A stretch of DNA of 58,011 nucleotides, filler included, from Sphacelaria rigidula (lineage: Eukaryota): the NCBI GenBank assembly GCA_964200075.2. It is 3 parts of 3 records of this genome, joined end to end, with 100 filler letters (N's around TTAATTAATTAA, not from the genome) between each part and the next. Parts side by side here need not be neighbours in the genome. Positions count along the whole stretch, not along the records: positions 19,375 to 38,647 come from CAXNAA020000701.1; 2 more parts are not named here. One strand, 5' to 3'. Below the pieces are notes generated by a model, which did not search any database, was not told where the DNA came from, and saw only the letters and a program-made list of their open reading frames with translations. The position numbers were made by a program, and so were the translations under genes. This document shows, one piece after another, positions 25,040-36,929 of this stretch; positions within the stretch are counted from its first letter, which is position 1, and every line of letters starts with the position of its first letter.

Positions 25040-25935
25040 ATGACCGTACTGTGTTCTGTAAGCCGCATAACCTCGCAGAGCAACTGATACAACATGCATA
25101 TTATTTCCTCTGCTCGTTCGTACACACATCAACTCACATTAGCACACAACCAACAACATCAAGTGCTGAAGTTGTTGCAATACACCTCCCCATCACCTTA
25201 TCAGCTTTGTCGGACTGTGCGCAACTCGTTCGTTTTGCGCGGTTCCGATGCTTGCCGTGAGAAGCGCATTGAAAAACATGGACTTGACGAAACATGGTGA
25301 CCAAACTGGCTTTTTTTGCTTTCCCCTCTTCATGTACATGAATAACTTTTCGTCAGGTCTGAAAATTGTCACAGCAGTTGCTCCGCAAGTCGCCATGGAT
25401 GTAAGCACAGATGGGCTCGGCTACGGGTTACTTCGCAGCCCGAGGGAAGCAACTTTGCTGAGGGAAGAGGCGCAGTGAACTCATGTACTATACTCGTAAT
25501 GACTGCGACTATATCCGTGCAACACGCTCTGTTTCGTCGCGACCTGCACAACGGGAGTACCGAATCACGTGCTGTGATCAGGCCACGAGGAGCGGAGGAC
25601 GCGCAGGACAGTGAGTGATACCGTACAAGCAAAGAAACGAGAGAGCACACATGCCCGGTCGATTATGACACATGAGTGAAAATTGAAGTCCGAGCCTCAT
25701 TGTTCTGCATACCGTGTGACATCGGAGAGCAATTGATGCAACATGTACCATTTTGCCTCCACTTGTTCATACACATCAACTCACACCAGCAACCGAGATC
25801 AAGTAGTGAGGTTGCTACCGTACACCTCTCCATGACCGTGTCGGCTATAACGCACTGTGTGGCATTCGTTTGCGTTCTGCGCGCTTCGGATGCTTGCAGG
25901 GAGACGCACAACGAAACGGGCAGACTTGATGACGG
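25040..25935 (+). repeat. Diverged direct duplication (~250 bp at 25040-25295 and 25700-25935)
   Basis: GAGCAA.TGAT.CAACATG, ACACATCAACTCACA, CGATGCTTGC and GACTTGA occur in the same order in both copies. Confidence 0.65.
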
Positions 25936-26099
25936 AGGTTGGCCACACCTGCTCTATTTGGTTCTCTTTTTGGCCCCTCAAAATTGCTTGTCGTATAAGT
26001 GTTCTCCCACATATATTCGCTCACGAAAGATACTGGTATAAGCTCGCAAATGGACTATCATACGCCGAGCTCTTCCAAACAATCGGAAATATCGAAACC

Positions 26100-26468
26100 A
26101 ATGTGTGTGTTGTGTTAAGCGTTGTCGTCCCATCTATTGTGGACGCCGGTCTACACCTTTCGGTATATGTGGGCGCACCAGCCGGGGTCACAGGAGGAAG
26201 GTCAACACAGGAGTTTTTTTCTTTGTTGTTTGTTTTTAGTATCCCACCTTTCTTCTGCGGTGCTTGCGTTTTATTTTACCGCGAGAGGGGTCTAGCACTC
26301 CCTTTCCCTCGTCGACTGTTTAGACGAATTTTGTGTACCCACGACATAGTCGCTCACCACTGTTAGGCATGGTGTGAGAAAAATCCCAGATCACAACCTG
26401 AGATTTGAACCCACGATCCAACCGTCAGAAGGTGTTGAAGTTACCAACTGAGCTACCGGGGCGACCGG
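26100..26468 (-). mobile_element. tRNA-derived SINE, full length
   Basis: Head with A-box TAGCTCAGTTGG and B-box GGTTCAAATC, shared body and CA-rich tail; homologous to 52948-53297 and 21290-21545. Confidence 0.8.
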
Positions 26469-26512
26469 CATAGTCAATATTGAACGAAAGGCAACGAAAC
26501 AAAGGACTGTAC

Positions 26513-26650
26513 CTGGACGGTGAGAGCTGCATCGGGCGTGTCCGGCACACCCACGATGTAAGAAAACTTTCCCTGCATGAGTTCCTCCACAGACTGGAAC
26601 GGACGCGTGTTTAGCACCGGCGGACGCCCTTTCGGGAACCCTTCGAGCTC
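26513..26650 (-). CDS. tilS: TilS fusion exon
   Basis: ELEGFPKGRPPVLNTRPFQSVEELMQGKFSYIVGVPDTPDAALTVQ; TAG acceptor, GTACA donor, phase 0/0. Confidence 0.65.
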
Positions 26651-29600
26651 CTACAACCATCCGTAGAAAACGCATGTGGGGGTTACAGCAACGCAGAATA
26701 CGGCGTGCGGTAGGCGTTAATAAAAAACAGGGGTGAAACATCGATGCACACCGCGCTCTAAAATAATATCAAAACCCGGCTCACAACAAATGATATTTCA
26801 CCCGCAGCTGTGGAATATGACATCATGTGTCGAAGACTCTTGAGGTGTGCTTACACAGCAACCGCAGAACAGCCCCATGACGTGAGCCATCACGTTCTGT
26901 CCCAACGCGATTACTATGAGGTCAATCGTCTGTGGAGAGGACACGACGACAATTTCCTCAGCACGAAACAAAACACAAAACACACGCACACATGATCCAT
27001 GGCGATACATGAGGCAGAGACAGGCGCAAAGCGTTCCATGTTATGGTCGTTTAACTGCCACCAGCACTGGGTAAAAACACGAGAAATAGCTCCCCACCTC
27101 AAACTTTTTACATGCAAACCTTCTTAAACTGTCATCTCAGGATACAACCATATATTGCTCCTCGCCTTCCCCGTCCCGCCATTGCGCGCGGCCGCGAAAA
27201 CGGAACACTCTCTTTGTGCACATGCGGGTCGATGGAGTATTGTACTGCTCTAACCTGAGGCGGTATTGTCTCCCCCATCGTTGTGGTCATTTTCCAGGGC
27301 CCCACTGTCACAACCCCGCCGTCGAGAGGAACCGGAGTTCCCTCTGCCTGCCATCAGTCCGCCATTCCATTTTTCGATCAAAGGCAGTAGAAAGGAGTGG
27401 GAACGGGTAATGTGTAAATGATGTTTCTCTTCGAAAAACAACGTGCGCTGCAGCGTAGTAGTATCATAGTGTACCTTCCGAACACGCTCATCAACACCGC
27501 GAAAAATTAGTCTTGGATCGATCAGACCAGCATGAATATCAGCAGCACTACTCCCACCAGTAGCCACGAACAGCAACAGCAACAGCAACAGCAACAACAA
27601 GAGAAACAACAGCAACAACAGCAACGACGCGAAAACTGGTCGCTGCCCCTGATCATAAGACAGCAAAGGTGAGTCACCGCTTGAATCCACACGTTTCTCA
27701 CCCGCGCCCCGTACGACGTGTCCGGCGGCAGGAAAACGCCCGTCCGGAATATGTAAATGGAGCCTTTGTTGAGGAGTCCTGCGTACTCCTTTCGTAGCTC
27801 CACCCAACCCTCCTGTGCGGGCGCATGAGCGAGTATGGTGGTGTCAACAAAATGTACAGCAGTCGGCGAAATTGAGATGTCCCTTCTCGTAGGCTCGTTT
27901 CCTTCAAGCTGTTACGCCGAACACGCTGAACGACCAGCTGCATCGTACAGTGTTCGGGGCAGATTGCACATGAGGATCGATGTGCGCGGAGGCCAAGAAA
28001 AGAATGGCGTGATGCAACTTACGGTGACCACTGACTGCGAAGTGCGCGGAGGCCAAGAAAAGAATGTCGTGCTGCAATTTACGGTGACCACTGACTGCAA
28101 GCATTGACTGTCTGAATAGAAAGAGGCCCGGACGTTATGCACGCACTTGAGGCAGTGTCTTGGTCCACAGGGCACTGACCACCGCAGCAGGCAGGAACGA
28201 TGTGGTAACCACTCACAACGCTGAACATAGCGCTGTGGATGCCGGAAGGCAACCAATTGCCAACGGATGTGACCAACGGATGTGACCAACGAAAAAAGAA
28301 CGAGAAACATGGACGAAGGCCACACGCAAGGCGTCATCAGTACCTTCACCGACCCGTAGCCGCATAGCCAGTGATAGATTAACTGCAATACCCCAACCCG
28401 GTCACGATCAGCTTGTACACACCCGATTGACGCGCAGAAGCACACCGCTCGATATTGCCGCCACTCGCTGCAATTTGCTGCTACTGCCATGTGTGCGGCC
28501 CTCACCTGTTGCTGTGTGGCACTGAACGGTGCTGTGGATTACACTGTGTACTGCTGAGTTCAAGCTGTTGGATAAAATATTTGAGGTTGTCTGTACTGCT
28601 GTGATGTCTCTACAAAACCCGCAAAACGAACGCGGGGTGGGTTAAGCGGGCTGTTCCGTAGACTGCAATCAATGACGGAACAGCCAAGAGCAGCAAAGTG
28701 TTCCAGACCTGTTACGAATGTTTGTTTACACGGCTGACCTTCAATTCAGTGCTGCAGGACAGGAGGGGTATCTCAAGTGTTTCAGACTAGTGCGACTCAG
28801 AGTCTCTAGCTTCCACCACTGTGCTGCGCCATTATCGACTGGAACACGACGATGTGAGTAAGCCCATACATGGAAACGTGCTGCACGTATCGATTGCGGC
28901 CCCACACAGCTCGTGCACGTGTGGTGCTACCGTGTACATATATCATCCACTCGGCTGAGATTGAGGGTTACGTCATGGAGCGCGTTCGACACGGGGAAAA
29001 GGTTCTCGTGCTGCGCCCGGTCGCATTCGGGTAAACGTTTCAGCGCACACTCACTCGCAGGGGAAACACGCCGTTGTCACGCTGAAGGACATCCCGGACA
29101 AACATGGCTAGCGTCTTGTCACGCACCATTGGCATGCCCATGGAGTGAACCAAATATCTCAGGATTTCTTTCCAGAACAGCATCCCGTGGTTCCTAGTTT
29201 CGCCGAGTGGGAATGGATGGCAGGGGGGAGAAGTGATGAAGTGCAGGATTGTGTGTTCGCGTGTGGGGTGTAGGAGAGCTCGCACATGAAGATTTGTTTA
29301 CGCCATATTGTAAAACCAGTAACAGCACTACCAAGCTCAGCGTCAGTGCCGATAACACGATCCCCAACACCACCATGACCACTCATTACACCGAACAGCC
29401 GCAGTATCAACAGCGCTATACCACCACCACATCAGCAGCAGCAGCAAAAATCGTCTTGGGTGTGGTCGCAACGGTCGGCCCTACCATGACACGCAAGTGT
29501 AGCTTATACCATACTTGTGAATGGGGGTGTCGATTCACTACTGTGGTCATCCAATTCTTCCACAGTATCTCCACAAATACACCACGAGAGTATCAGCATA

Positions 29601-32600
29601 AGAGTGAAGGTATCGTGCGGTGATCATGTTGTGATACTTGCACCCTCGTGGCATTATCGTGATGCTACCATGCCACATCCACGGGATTCCCATGCCACAT
29701 TCGCGGGATGTTCCTCCCTGTCGTGGTGCCTGCCATTGGGGAGGAGGGGATTATGCCACCTCCACTGCGTTACCATGACGTTGGCACATAGACCAGTTGT
29801 ACAACTGACCAACGTGCATAACCTACATGTGGACCCTGCCGACGCACAAAGCTCAGACGCATACCTTACTCACGCACATAGCCTATAAGCACACTCCACC
29901 AAAGCACAAAAGCCCAGATCCATGTATTTACACCCTACCGAAGCATACTAGAGGTGCGTGTGTTCGAGTTGAGGGTTAGGGTAAGGATTGGGACATGGGT
30001 TCTACTAGTATAGCTCGCAGGTGGTGCGATGCCACCCACAAGCGCGAAGCCATATACCCACACATGACGGATACGCTTCTCAATGACATCGGCGGACACC
30101 AACGATGCTGGCAGTCGACTAAGGGGACAATAGTGTTGTGACCAGGTTTCAGGTTTCACGATGCACCTTGTATGGATCTTCCATCATACCAGGTGTCGCG
30201 GCATCCCCGTGGAAATCTCATGGAAGGTCACATTGTGCTGGACCGGGTGTGGGTACCATCGTCAGCTACCGTCATAGTATCATGACAGTACCCATGGCAG
30301 TTGCGTGGGAGTGTGGGAATAACTACCCTTCGTTCTTTGCTGAGATGATTTCAACCCTTTTCCCTCTCTTCGAGAGCAGTTCGTACTCTCAAGGGATCCA
30401 CCCATGTCTCTACCTGTCACCATCTTGCTCTCTACTATCGAGCATTGGATCATGGATCATGACTTTCGCAACTCCTCTAGTCCGTCGACTTCCGTAAACG
30501 TTTTCATTACTCGCAATCTCACGCTTTCGACAACCGAACTAAACCATGACTGCTACAACGGGAACCCACTACTACAACTCCACCGAAACTAGCCGACGGT
30601 GTTCCCGTTTCACGGCCGGCACGCGGCGATATTTCGACCAGCAATGCCTGTGACGCACCTGTATGGCTCCAATTCCAAGCGGAGACCCAAGGGCAACATT
30701 TCTACCTTATCCCACACCGGCTGAAAGAGCTGCTTGTGCACTAGCTCTCGTAGGTCGTCTGATTCTCTGGCTACGGCGGACAGGTGGTTGAGGAAGCCGG
30801 AGCCGAACACGTCGTCCATCATGGGCACCTTGAACATTTTCCAACATGATGGCGCAGCACATGCTCTCAGCACACTTGTGCGTGTCAAAACCGCCTTCTA
30901 TTGTGTTCATCGTGTCACTGTTAGCACCTCTAATGTATGGATATACGCAATATTTCAAGCACCTGGCTACAAATCCTTGGTGGAACTCACGTCTAGCAGC
31001 ATTGAAACGCCCTCTTCATGTGCCCCGCAACAACAAAACAGCTACGCGTGTACATAAATACATCATTCGAGAACCTAAAAAAATTCCGAAACGCTGCACT
31101 GCAGCACCAACAAAAACAAGAGGCGTCATGTCATCAAAATCGCTCGCCTCCCCGACAAATCGAAAAATCGCATTTTTTCAGTTGTTCCCGTGCTTCTCAC
31201 CAACTGACGGCGTAGCTTCCCCCTGGTAGACCACGACGGCGTAGTATCCTTGAAGTAAGGCACACCAAACTTGTGTGCGAAGTCAAACACCACGTCCTTA
31301 TCGAAAGGCAACATCGGTCGCCACACTCTCACCCCGTTCACGACGTTTTCTGGTAGCATACCTGGGGGTGGAGGATGATAGGGGGTAGGGAGCGTGGCGT
31401 CAGACGAGGGTACGAAGGCCTATCTTTGGGTGCAAGCGCTCACCCCCTCAACAATTCCGACGTATCGTTTGTGTAGGAAAATATCCTGAACTTTTTCTCG
31501 ATACAGGGGTACATCGTGAATTAGAATGCGTTTGTTGCACCTTACATCACCGCCGTACTTGTAGTGAGAGGCTGAAGCTGTGGAGCATGCTGTGATGTTC
31601 CCGGAAGGTAACTGCGACATTAGAGTACATCATGAATGAGTGAATGTGGTCGATTGATCCATACATTGAGTGCCGTGCGTTCATTGATGCGTCGAAGCCG
31701 TTCACAACCGCAAGATACATATATTTCAAGGTAAATAAACGGAAGAATCCGCTCTACGGAACTCGACAAAAGAGAGCAGACAGGGAGAGAATAAACGCAA
31801 GGGAAAAAAACACCACAAACACAACAAAATCAACACATACGCCAGGCTAAGCACCACTGACGGTCCCGCGACAATACTTCATAAAATGTCGGCATCATGT
31901 TTTTGTAGGCACAAATCAAAAGACGAGCATAACGAAGCATGACGTAGGTGTCGTACCACAGAAAGGGGAAAGTGCATCAATCAACGAATCCGATGACGAC
32001 GACCGAAACACAACCTCTTACCGGCGAGCCCAAGGATGCTGTTGCCCTTGATGAAGTTGGTGAGTACGTTCTCTTGCACGTCTCCCTCGTGATGGCCGAA
32101 CATCACGGCCGGGCAGTCCCCGCTCCCCAGACTCTCCAGCGCGGACTTGTAGGCGTTGAAACGAATCTCGCGCGCTTTTTTCTCGTACTCGTCGCGGGCC
32201 GTCACACCTCGCCGAACCTCGAAAGAATAAAAAATAGGCACGCACACACATCAAGAGAAGCGACACAACCGATGTTGATACGCCCGCGCACATGCGGCGT
32301 ACACCAGTCCGCTGAAGAGAGAGGTGATATTGAAACGCGACTTAGTGTTTGTATGCATGCAACCCTTCAGGGTTTCTCTGCGTTTGTAATAAATAGCAAG
32401 GCACTCGCGTTTGCTGGCCGAAATGATGTCGTTCATCCACCACCATGACACACTTATCACCACCACTATTGTGCTACTAGCCGTGTCGAACGACCTTTTG
32501 GTTGTCGGCGCAATGCTTTGCGTCCACAGGCACGCACAAGATACCGTGTAAGTTCTAACCGAAACGAACGACAACAGTGGAATCATCCGTACTATAGCTG

Positions 32601-35600
32601 CACGTCCCTCCTCTCGCCCTGTCCCGCCCCGACGCAAGGATGATTAGTAAAAGCAACGGGTGTCATCCATGTGGCACACAGCTTGGGCCGACGAAAACCT
32701 GGATTTTTGCTCCGCCCTGGGCCCTGTGGAGATGCGGGGTCAATGATGGAAAAACTGCAGCATGGCATCATAAGATCAGCCCCCTCCTCTCTTTCAAGGG
32801 TTGGCGTCGGTTGGCAACGACGCTGTAAAACACGCCACTCACTGCGTAAGCCATGCAACCAGGTTACCGGTTCACTCGCTTGCGTTTTCTTGCGGTAAAC
32901 CATGATGGTAGTCGATTGTGCGGGATAAAGAATCTAGACTACGAGCAAAGGGGGTGACCGTACTACGTAGTGTTCAAATGATGAGACACCCATGAAGCAG
33001 TGTGTAACCCGTGACTGTCTCTGCAAGTGGCGATACCAGGAAATTATTCAACCCATTGTAGGCTGTCATCCATATGCAAGATAATCAGTACGTTTCGGGT
33101 CGTAAACTCTATGCAGGATGTAGATCACCCCTCATGCCACTCGCGAAACACATCACGGTGCTACGCGCTTGGTGATTGCGAGCCTGGTGCGGCGAAAACC
33201 CGGCGTGCTCCATCCCGGTTTTGTAGGTATGATAGGTTAACGATCTCACGACTACGACATGCCAAATCATGATTGCACCTCCCCCCCCTGTCGCCCCGGG
33301 TATGGTGCACTACCAATTGCGTCGAATCCACCACCTCAGCAATTTTCCTCTTGTAGAAAATCACGCCGTGTCGCGCGCACCACCCCTCCACGAAGTCCGC
33401 CTCACGCCCACTCTCCGCTCTGTTGCCGTAGTCGATATGGATCCCCACCACCTCGAACTCGTATAGGGGCTTGAGGTGCACGAGAGCTCGGCAGAGGGCC
33501 ATAGAATCCACCCCCCCGGACAATGACACTGCTACCGTGTTGAGCCGCCCGGGAGACGGTGCGACGATTTTTGTAGCTGCGGCTGTTCTCTCTGCCATTT
33601 CCTGGTTGCTTCCTCTGGCAAAATCGGGGTCGTCTTGAGCAGTTTCGGGTGCCGTCGTCGTCGTTGCTGCTGTCGTTGATGTTGCGCTTGTTGATGTTGC
33701 GCTTGAAGCTCCGGTGCTAGTGACCGAAACTCCGTTCGCATGTGACACGGGTATGTCATCTAGTCCCACCGGTGGAGCCACGGCTGAGAACTCCTTTTCA
33801 CCGCTATGTGGCGCGTATCTTGATTTGGGGCGGGCAGGTGGCTGAGTAGATACGCCACCTCGCTCATCTAAAAATACGCGCAGAACCCTGGGAGGAAACA
33901 AAAAAATCAAAATAGAGAGTTGACATCGAGCAAAAACAATAACTAAAAACCGTATTTACTGTGGGTGGGGACCGACCACTGCTTTCACAGAAACGCAGAT
34001 GAGCGACTATTTTTTTCAAGGAGAGGTGAATACCTTCTGGGAAACGTAGATCATGCAGGACCAGCTAGGCATACCGGAGCTACCTCTGGATCGCAGAGTA
34101 CTGAATTTAACAACAGTCACGGTTGCAAAACATTTTCGCTACACCGTGCACGATCTATTCCAACATGGCGTGTTATGAACTGCTCTCACTTCACCAGCCG
34201 ATGCCTGTCCATCTTGGATTCATCCTCAGGCACGAACTCAAAGTGCTCCAAGATTTCCGCTCCTTCTTCCGCTTTGTCCTCGATGCCCTGCAACCTCCTG
34301 ATGAGCGCACGAGGCGAACAAAGGTCAAGTACGGGAACAAAAAGACAAACATGTCCGAGGAACGACAGCAGCAGACAACGGTAGAGATGGAGAAAACGAA
34401 AAGCACAAATAGCATATTCGAGAAAGCAATCACAAATGAAAACCCTGGAACATGGCACTAAGGGTCGAACAATTTGACGATAACAACACGAAGTACCCAA
34501 ACGATCACTCATCACTGTGCCCCACACACATCTTGGGTCTGACCTGACCGTCGCTTTCTTGAAACGGTAGAGGAGTTCCCTAGAGTGCTCCAGGCCTTCC
34601 TCCCGACCCAACGCCTCCTTCATTACACGCCGCAACCGCTCCTTACTGTACATTTCAAGTAGCGAACATGATATGGCATACGAGTGACGCGTCAAAATGA
34701 AAACACGCAGAGCTAAGTTGTGTTCAACTGCCCTCGAGCATAACGGTAATGCGCGTCTGCGATGCACATAAACAGCTCTGGAAAACGCAAGTTAATTTCC
34801 GTTGTCATATTGTAGGTGCACAATGTTTCGTCTTTTTCTTCACTTTTCTTCAGCGAGTGTTTCAGTTTTGTTCTTGTCTCGGGTACGTCCATCATGTGGA
34901 TAATGACCACAGCTGGATCGTGACTCCTGGGGGATCAGTTGGAGTGCGACAATCAGTTAAGTCAATGAAATCAAGCAGCGGCGCGCGTGCACGAGACCTC
35001 CACCGATCACGTCTACAAGCTGGGCCAGCTGATGGGTGCTTGATTTGAGGAGTTAGGCGCTGAAATTTACACACGAAACTTTTACTGTCAACACGCGCAA
35101 CATCTTCGGGGATGCCGAGAAGAAAGAAAAATACAAAAAAATAGAACGGTTGGAAATTTCAGCAAAAACTGGAAAGTTTCATAACTCCGTGAAAAAAATA
35201 AACGGCGGCATCCCCCGTCACGAACTTTGTTCTTGCGCGCAGAAGTTTCTTGGAAAAAATTCGGCTGAAAACTCCTAAAATTGCGTCCAGCGTGGAAGGT
35301 TTTATGCAAGACCGCTGCGCCCCTGTGATGTAAGTGATACAGGAGACTCTAGCTACGGAGGTCACGAGTTCGAATCCCGACATATCCGTATTTTTTTCGC
35401 AGAATCTGATTCCGTCGTTGAGGTCGTATATTATGTAGTGCATTTTCCCAATTTTTTCAAACGGCAGTTCGTCGTTGAGGTGATACATCGTACCGTACAT
35501 ATTTTCGTTTTGGTTTCAGCGGCAGAGCGTGCATGACCACGATGGTCTGCAGTTCGCAGCGATATGCTTGAATCGGGCTGATTCGGGAAGCTGAAGAAGT

Positions 35601-36929
35601 TGTTGTGTGCTGAGGAGGATTACGTCTCATGACTGTCCCAGCTCGTATAGTCAGTATTTCAGCGTTCGGAAGACAGGGAGAGAGCACTACAAGCTTGAGC
35701 ACATCACACAGCTCTATTGTGGACTGAGATAAAAGGATAAAGCACGAAAATTTTCGCTCCCTCGAACTTCGTTGGGCAACTCTGATGGACGGTCGTGATA
35801 ATTGTATCCCACCCACGGCACGGCATACGAATCAAATTAAGCGTAGACCATCAAGTACGCAACAGACTACACGCACATGACTGAAGCCGGACTTCTTTAT
35901 GCGAACACACAATTTCGGACTGAGGGCGTGTCTTGGCACATTCTAAAAAAATGGAACAATTGCGGTGGAAAATATTTTTGTCGATCTGATAGGTCCACCG
36001 TATTTCTATTCCTAGTTGGCTTCAACTACTTTTTACAGTGAGTGGCAGGCGGAGAAGAAGTGAAGAATAATAAAGCTAAGCTTCTCCGATCGAAAACATG
36101 CGGTTGAAAGGCACGAAGGGGAAGTTGACTGCCATCTTACACACCACCACTCAAGATACCGCCCGTTCACAGAACCATGCAAACTACACACAACTCATTC
36201 TCGGCTACCACCGCAACCCTGCAGCAGTCGGGTATGCTTTGTTTATTTTTTGTCGGCGGAAAATTGAGCATATTCTTTCATGGTGAGGAGCAGCAATGGA
36301 ACTGCGTGGTAGGGTGGACAACCGACTCGCGTCCACGCTCATGGACAGTGCAGGCAGTACAAAGCTGCACGTTGCCCAAGTCCTTTTCACGTCGTATCGT
36401 AAGCAGAGACAACGGATAGTTCAGCGCTGTCTGTACTGCGCACTGCTCGCTTCTCTTTCACACAGTGAAGACGCACTGCACGCAAACAGAGCAGACAATA
36501 CAGACTGTCTGTACTGTACACAAGCGATCACGTACCGCTTCACGAACTTCAGTGTCTTTTTTCCATCGAAAGCTTGGAAATTCGCGTGAACCCAACTCGA
36601 GAGAAAGGAGTGAAATTTGCAATAATGATTTCCACCTCCGCTTTTTCTCGGTCGAGAAAGAATGTGCTAAGACACGCTATAAGAGCGTCACAACATGCTG
36701 GCTAAAACTACTGCTACCAACAGCGATGATACATTCTCGCTATTTCCCTCAATTGTCACTGTCTTCCTACCTGGGAGTGTGCCTGAGCGGCATCATGGCG
36801 AACACATGCTGTTCGACCGTCAAATGTCGCTGCCAGCCCTTCTCCAACAACGCCTCCGCGAGGGGCAGCGCCTGCCGGTCACACGCGCCGACTCTAGCGT
36901 CTCGGTCAGGATCTTGCCGGAAATAATGC
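26513..36929 (-). CDS. tilS: DUF924-like / TilS (tRNA(Ile)-lysidine synthetase, PP-loop) fusion protein, spliced gene, 5' and 3' ends unresolved
   Basis: Exons 36771-36929, 34544-34645, 34190-34297, 33335-33887, 32022-32217, 31201-31361, 30659-30828, 29055-29193, 27702-27812, 27255-27347 and 26513-26650 join in frame with consistent phases. Motifs: AVSLSGGVDSM (PP-loop), HIDYGNR, YEKKAREIRF, FGHHEGDVQEN, WRPML, YFKDTTPSWSTRGKLR. Confidence 0.88.
27255..27347 (-). CDS. tilS: TilS fusion exon
   Basis: AEGTPVPLDGGVVTVGPWKMTTTMGETIPPQ; CAG acceptor, GTTAG donor, phase 0/0. Confidence 0.65.
27702..27812 (-). CDS. tilS: TilS fusion exon
   Basis: EGWVELRKEYAGLLNKGSIYIFRTGVFLPPDTSYGAR; CAG acceptor, GTGAG donor, phase 0/0. 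Confidence 0.75.
27982..28098 (+). repeat. 60-bp tandem duplication
   Basis: GTGCGCGGAGGCCAAGAAAAGAATG...ACGGTGACCACTGACTGC twice. Confidence 0.9.
29055..29193 (-). CDS. tilS: TilS fusion exon
   Basis: RNHGMLFWKEILRYLVHSMGMPMVRDKTLAMFVRDVLQRDNGVFPLR; TAG acceptor, GTGAG donor. Confidence 0.8.
30659..30828 (-). CDS. tilS: TilS fusion exon
   Basis: VPMMDDVFGSGFLNHLSAVARESDDLRELV...LGLRLELEPY; GTGCG donor, phase 2 matches the next exon. Confidence 0.82.
31201..31361 (-). CDS. tilS: TilS fusion exon
   Basis: GMLPENVVNGVRVWRPMLPFDKDVVFDFAHKFGVPYFKDTTPSWSTRGKLRRQL. Confidence 0.92.
32022..32217 (-). CDS. tilS: TilS fusion exon
   Basis: VRRGVTARDEYEKKAREIRFNAY...VMFGHHEGDVQENVLTNFIKGNSILGLA; GTAAG donor. 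Confidence 0.92.
32798..33288 (+). mobile_element. SINE-like repeat, near full length (~500 bp)
   Basis: Colinear with 55317-55815 from GTTGGCGTCGGTTGGCAACGACGCTGTAAAACACGCC to CATGATTGCACCTCCCCCCC. Confidence 0.72.
33335..33887 (-). CDS. tilS: TilS fusion exon with Thr/Ser linker and PP-loop
   Basis: ...TVAVSLSGGVDSMALCRAL...VVGIHIDYGNRAESGREADFVEGWCARHGV...IAE. Confidence 0.92.
34190..34297 (-). CDS. tilS: TilS fusion exon
   Basis: RRLQGIEDKAEEGAEILEHFEFVPEDESKMDRHRLV; CAG acceptor, GTGAG donor. Confidence 0.8.
34544..34645 (-). CDS. tilS: TilS fusion exon
   Basis: SKERLRRVMKEALGREEGLEHSRELLYRFKKATV; phase 2/2 compatible with neighbours. Confidence 0.8.
35016..35645. mobile_element. Tc1/mariner-type MITE with related TIRs
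   Basis: TA|CAAGCTGGGCCAG ... CTGTCCCAGCTCG|TA; TIR similar to 12646-13841. Confidence 0.6.
36771..36929 (-). CDS. tilS: TilS fusion exon, DUF924-like segment
   Basis: RHYFRQ...DRQALPLAEALLEKGWQRHLTVEQHVFAMMPLRHTP resembles the DUF924 consensus D..AL..A...I..GW...L...ER.F..LP..H; CAG acceptor, GTAGG donor. Confidence 0.8.

Noticed and set aside
24450-25560. Candidate terminal exons for the TilS gene
   Set aside because: Several AG-bounded short frames exist, but none is supported by both phase and recognisable homology.
26390-26468. tRNA-like sequence as a true tRNA gene
   Set aside because: No proper acceptor or anticodon stems, and it is attached to a repeated SINE body.
27560-27630. Poly-Leu/Cys/Gln ORFs from (CAA/CAG)n tracts (also 8905-9005)
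   Set aside because: Intronic microsatellites.
29280-30140. Possible Copia RNase H remnant
   Set aside because: Only a vague resemblance (DAQSSDAYLT); no LTRs or conserved motifs.
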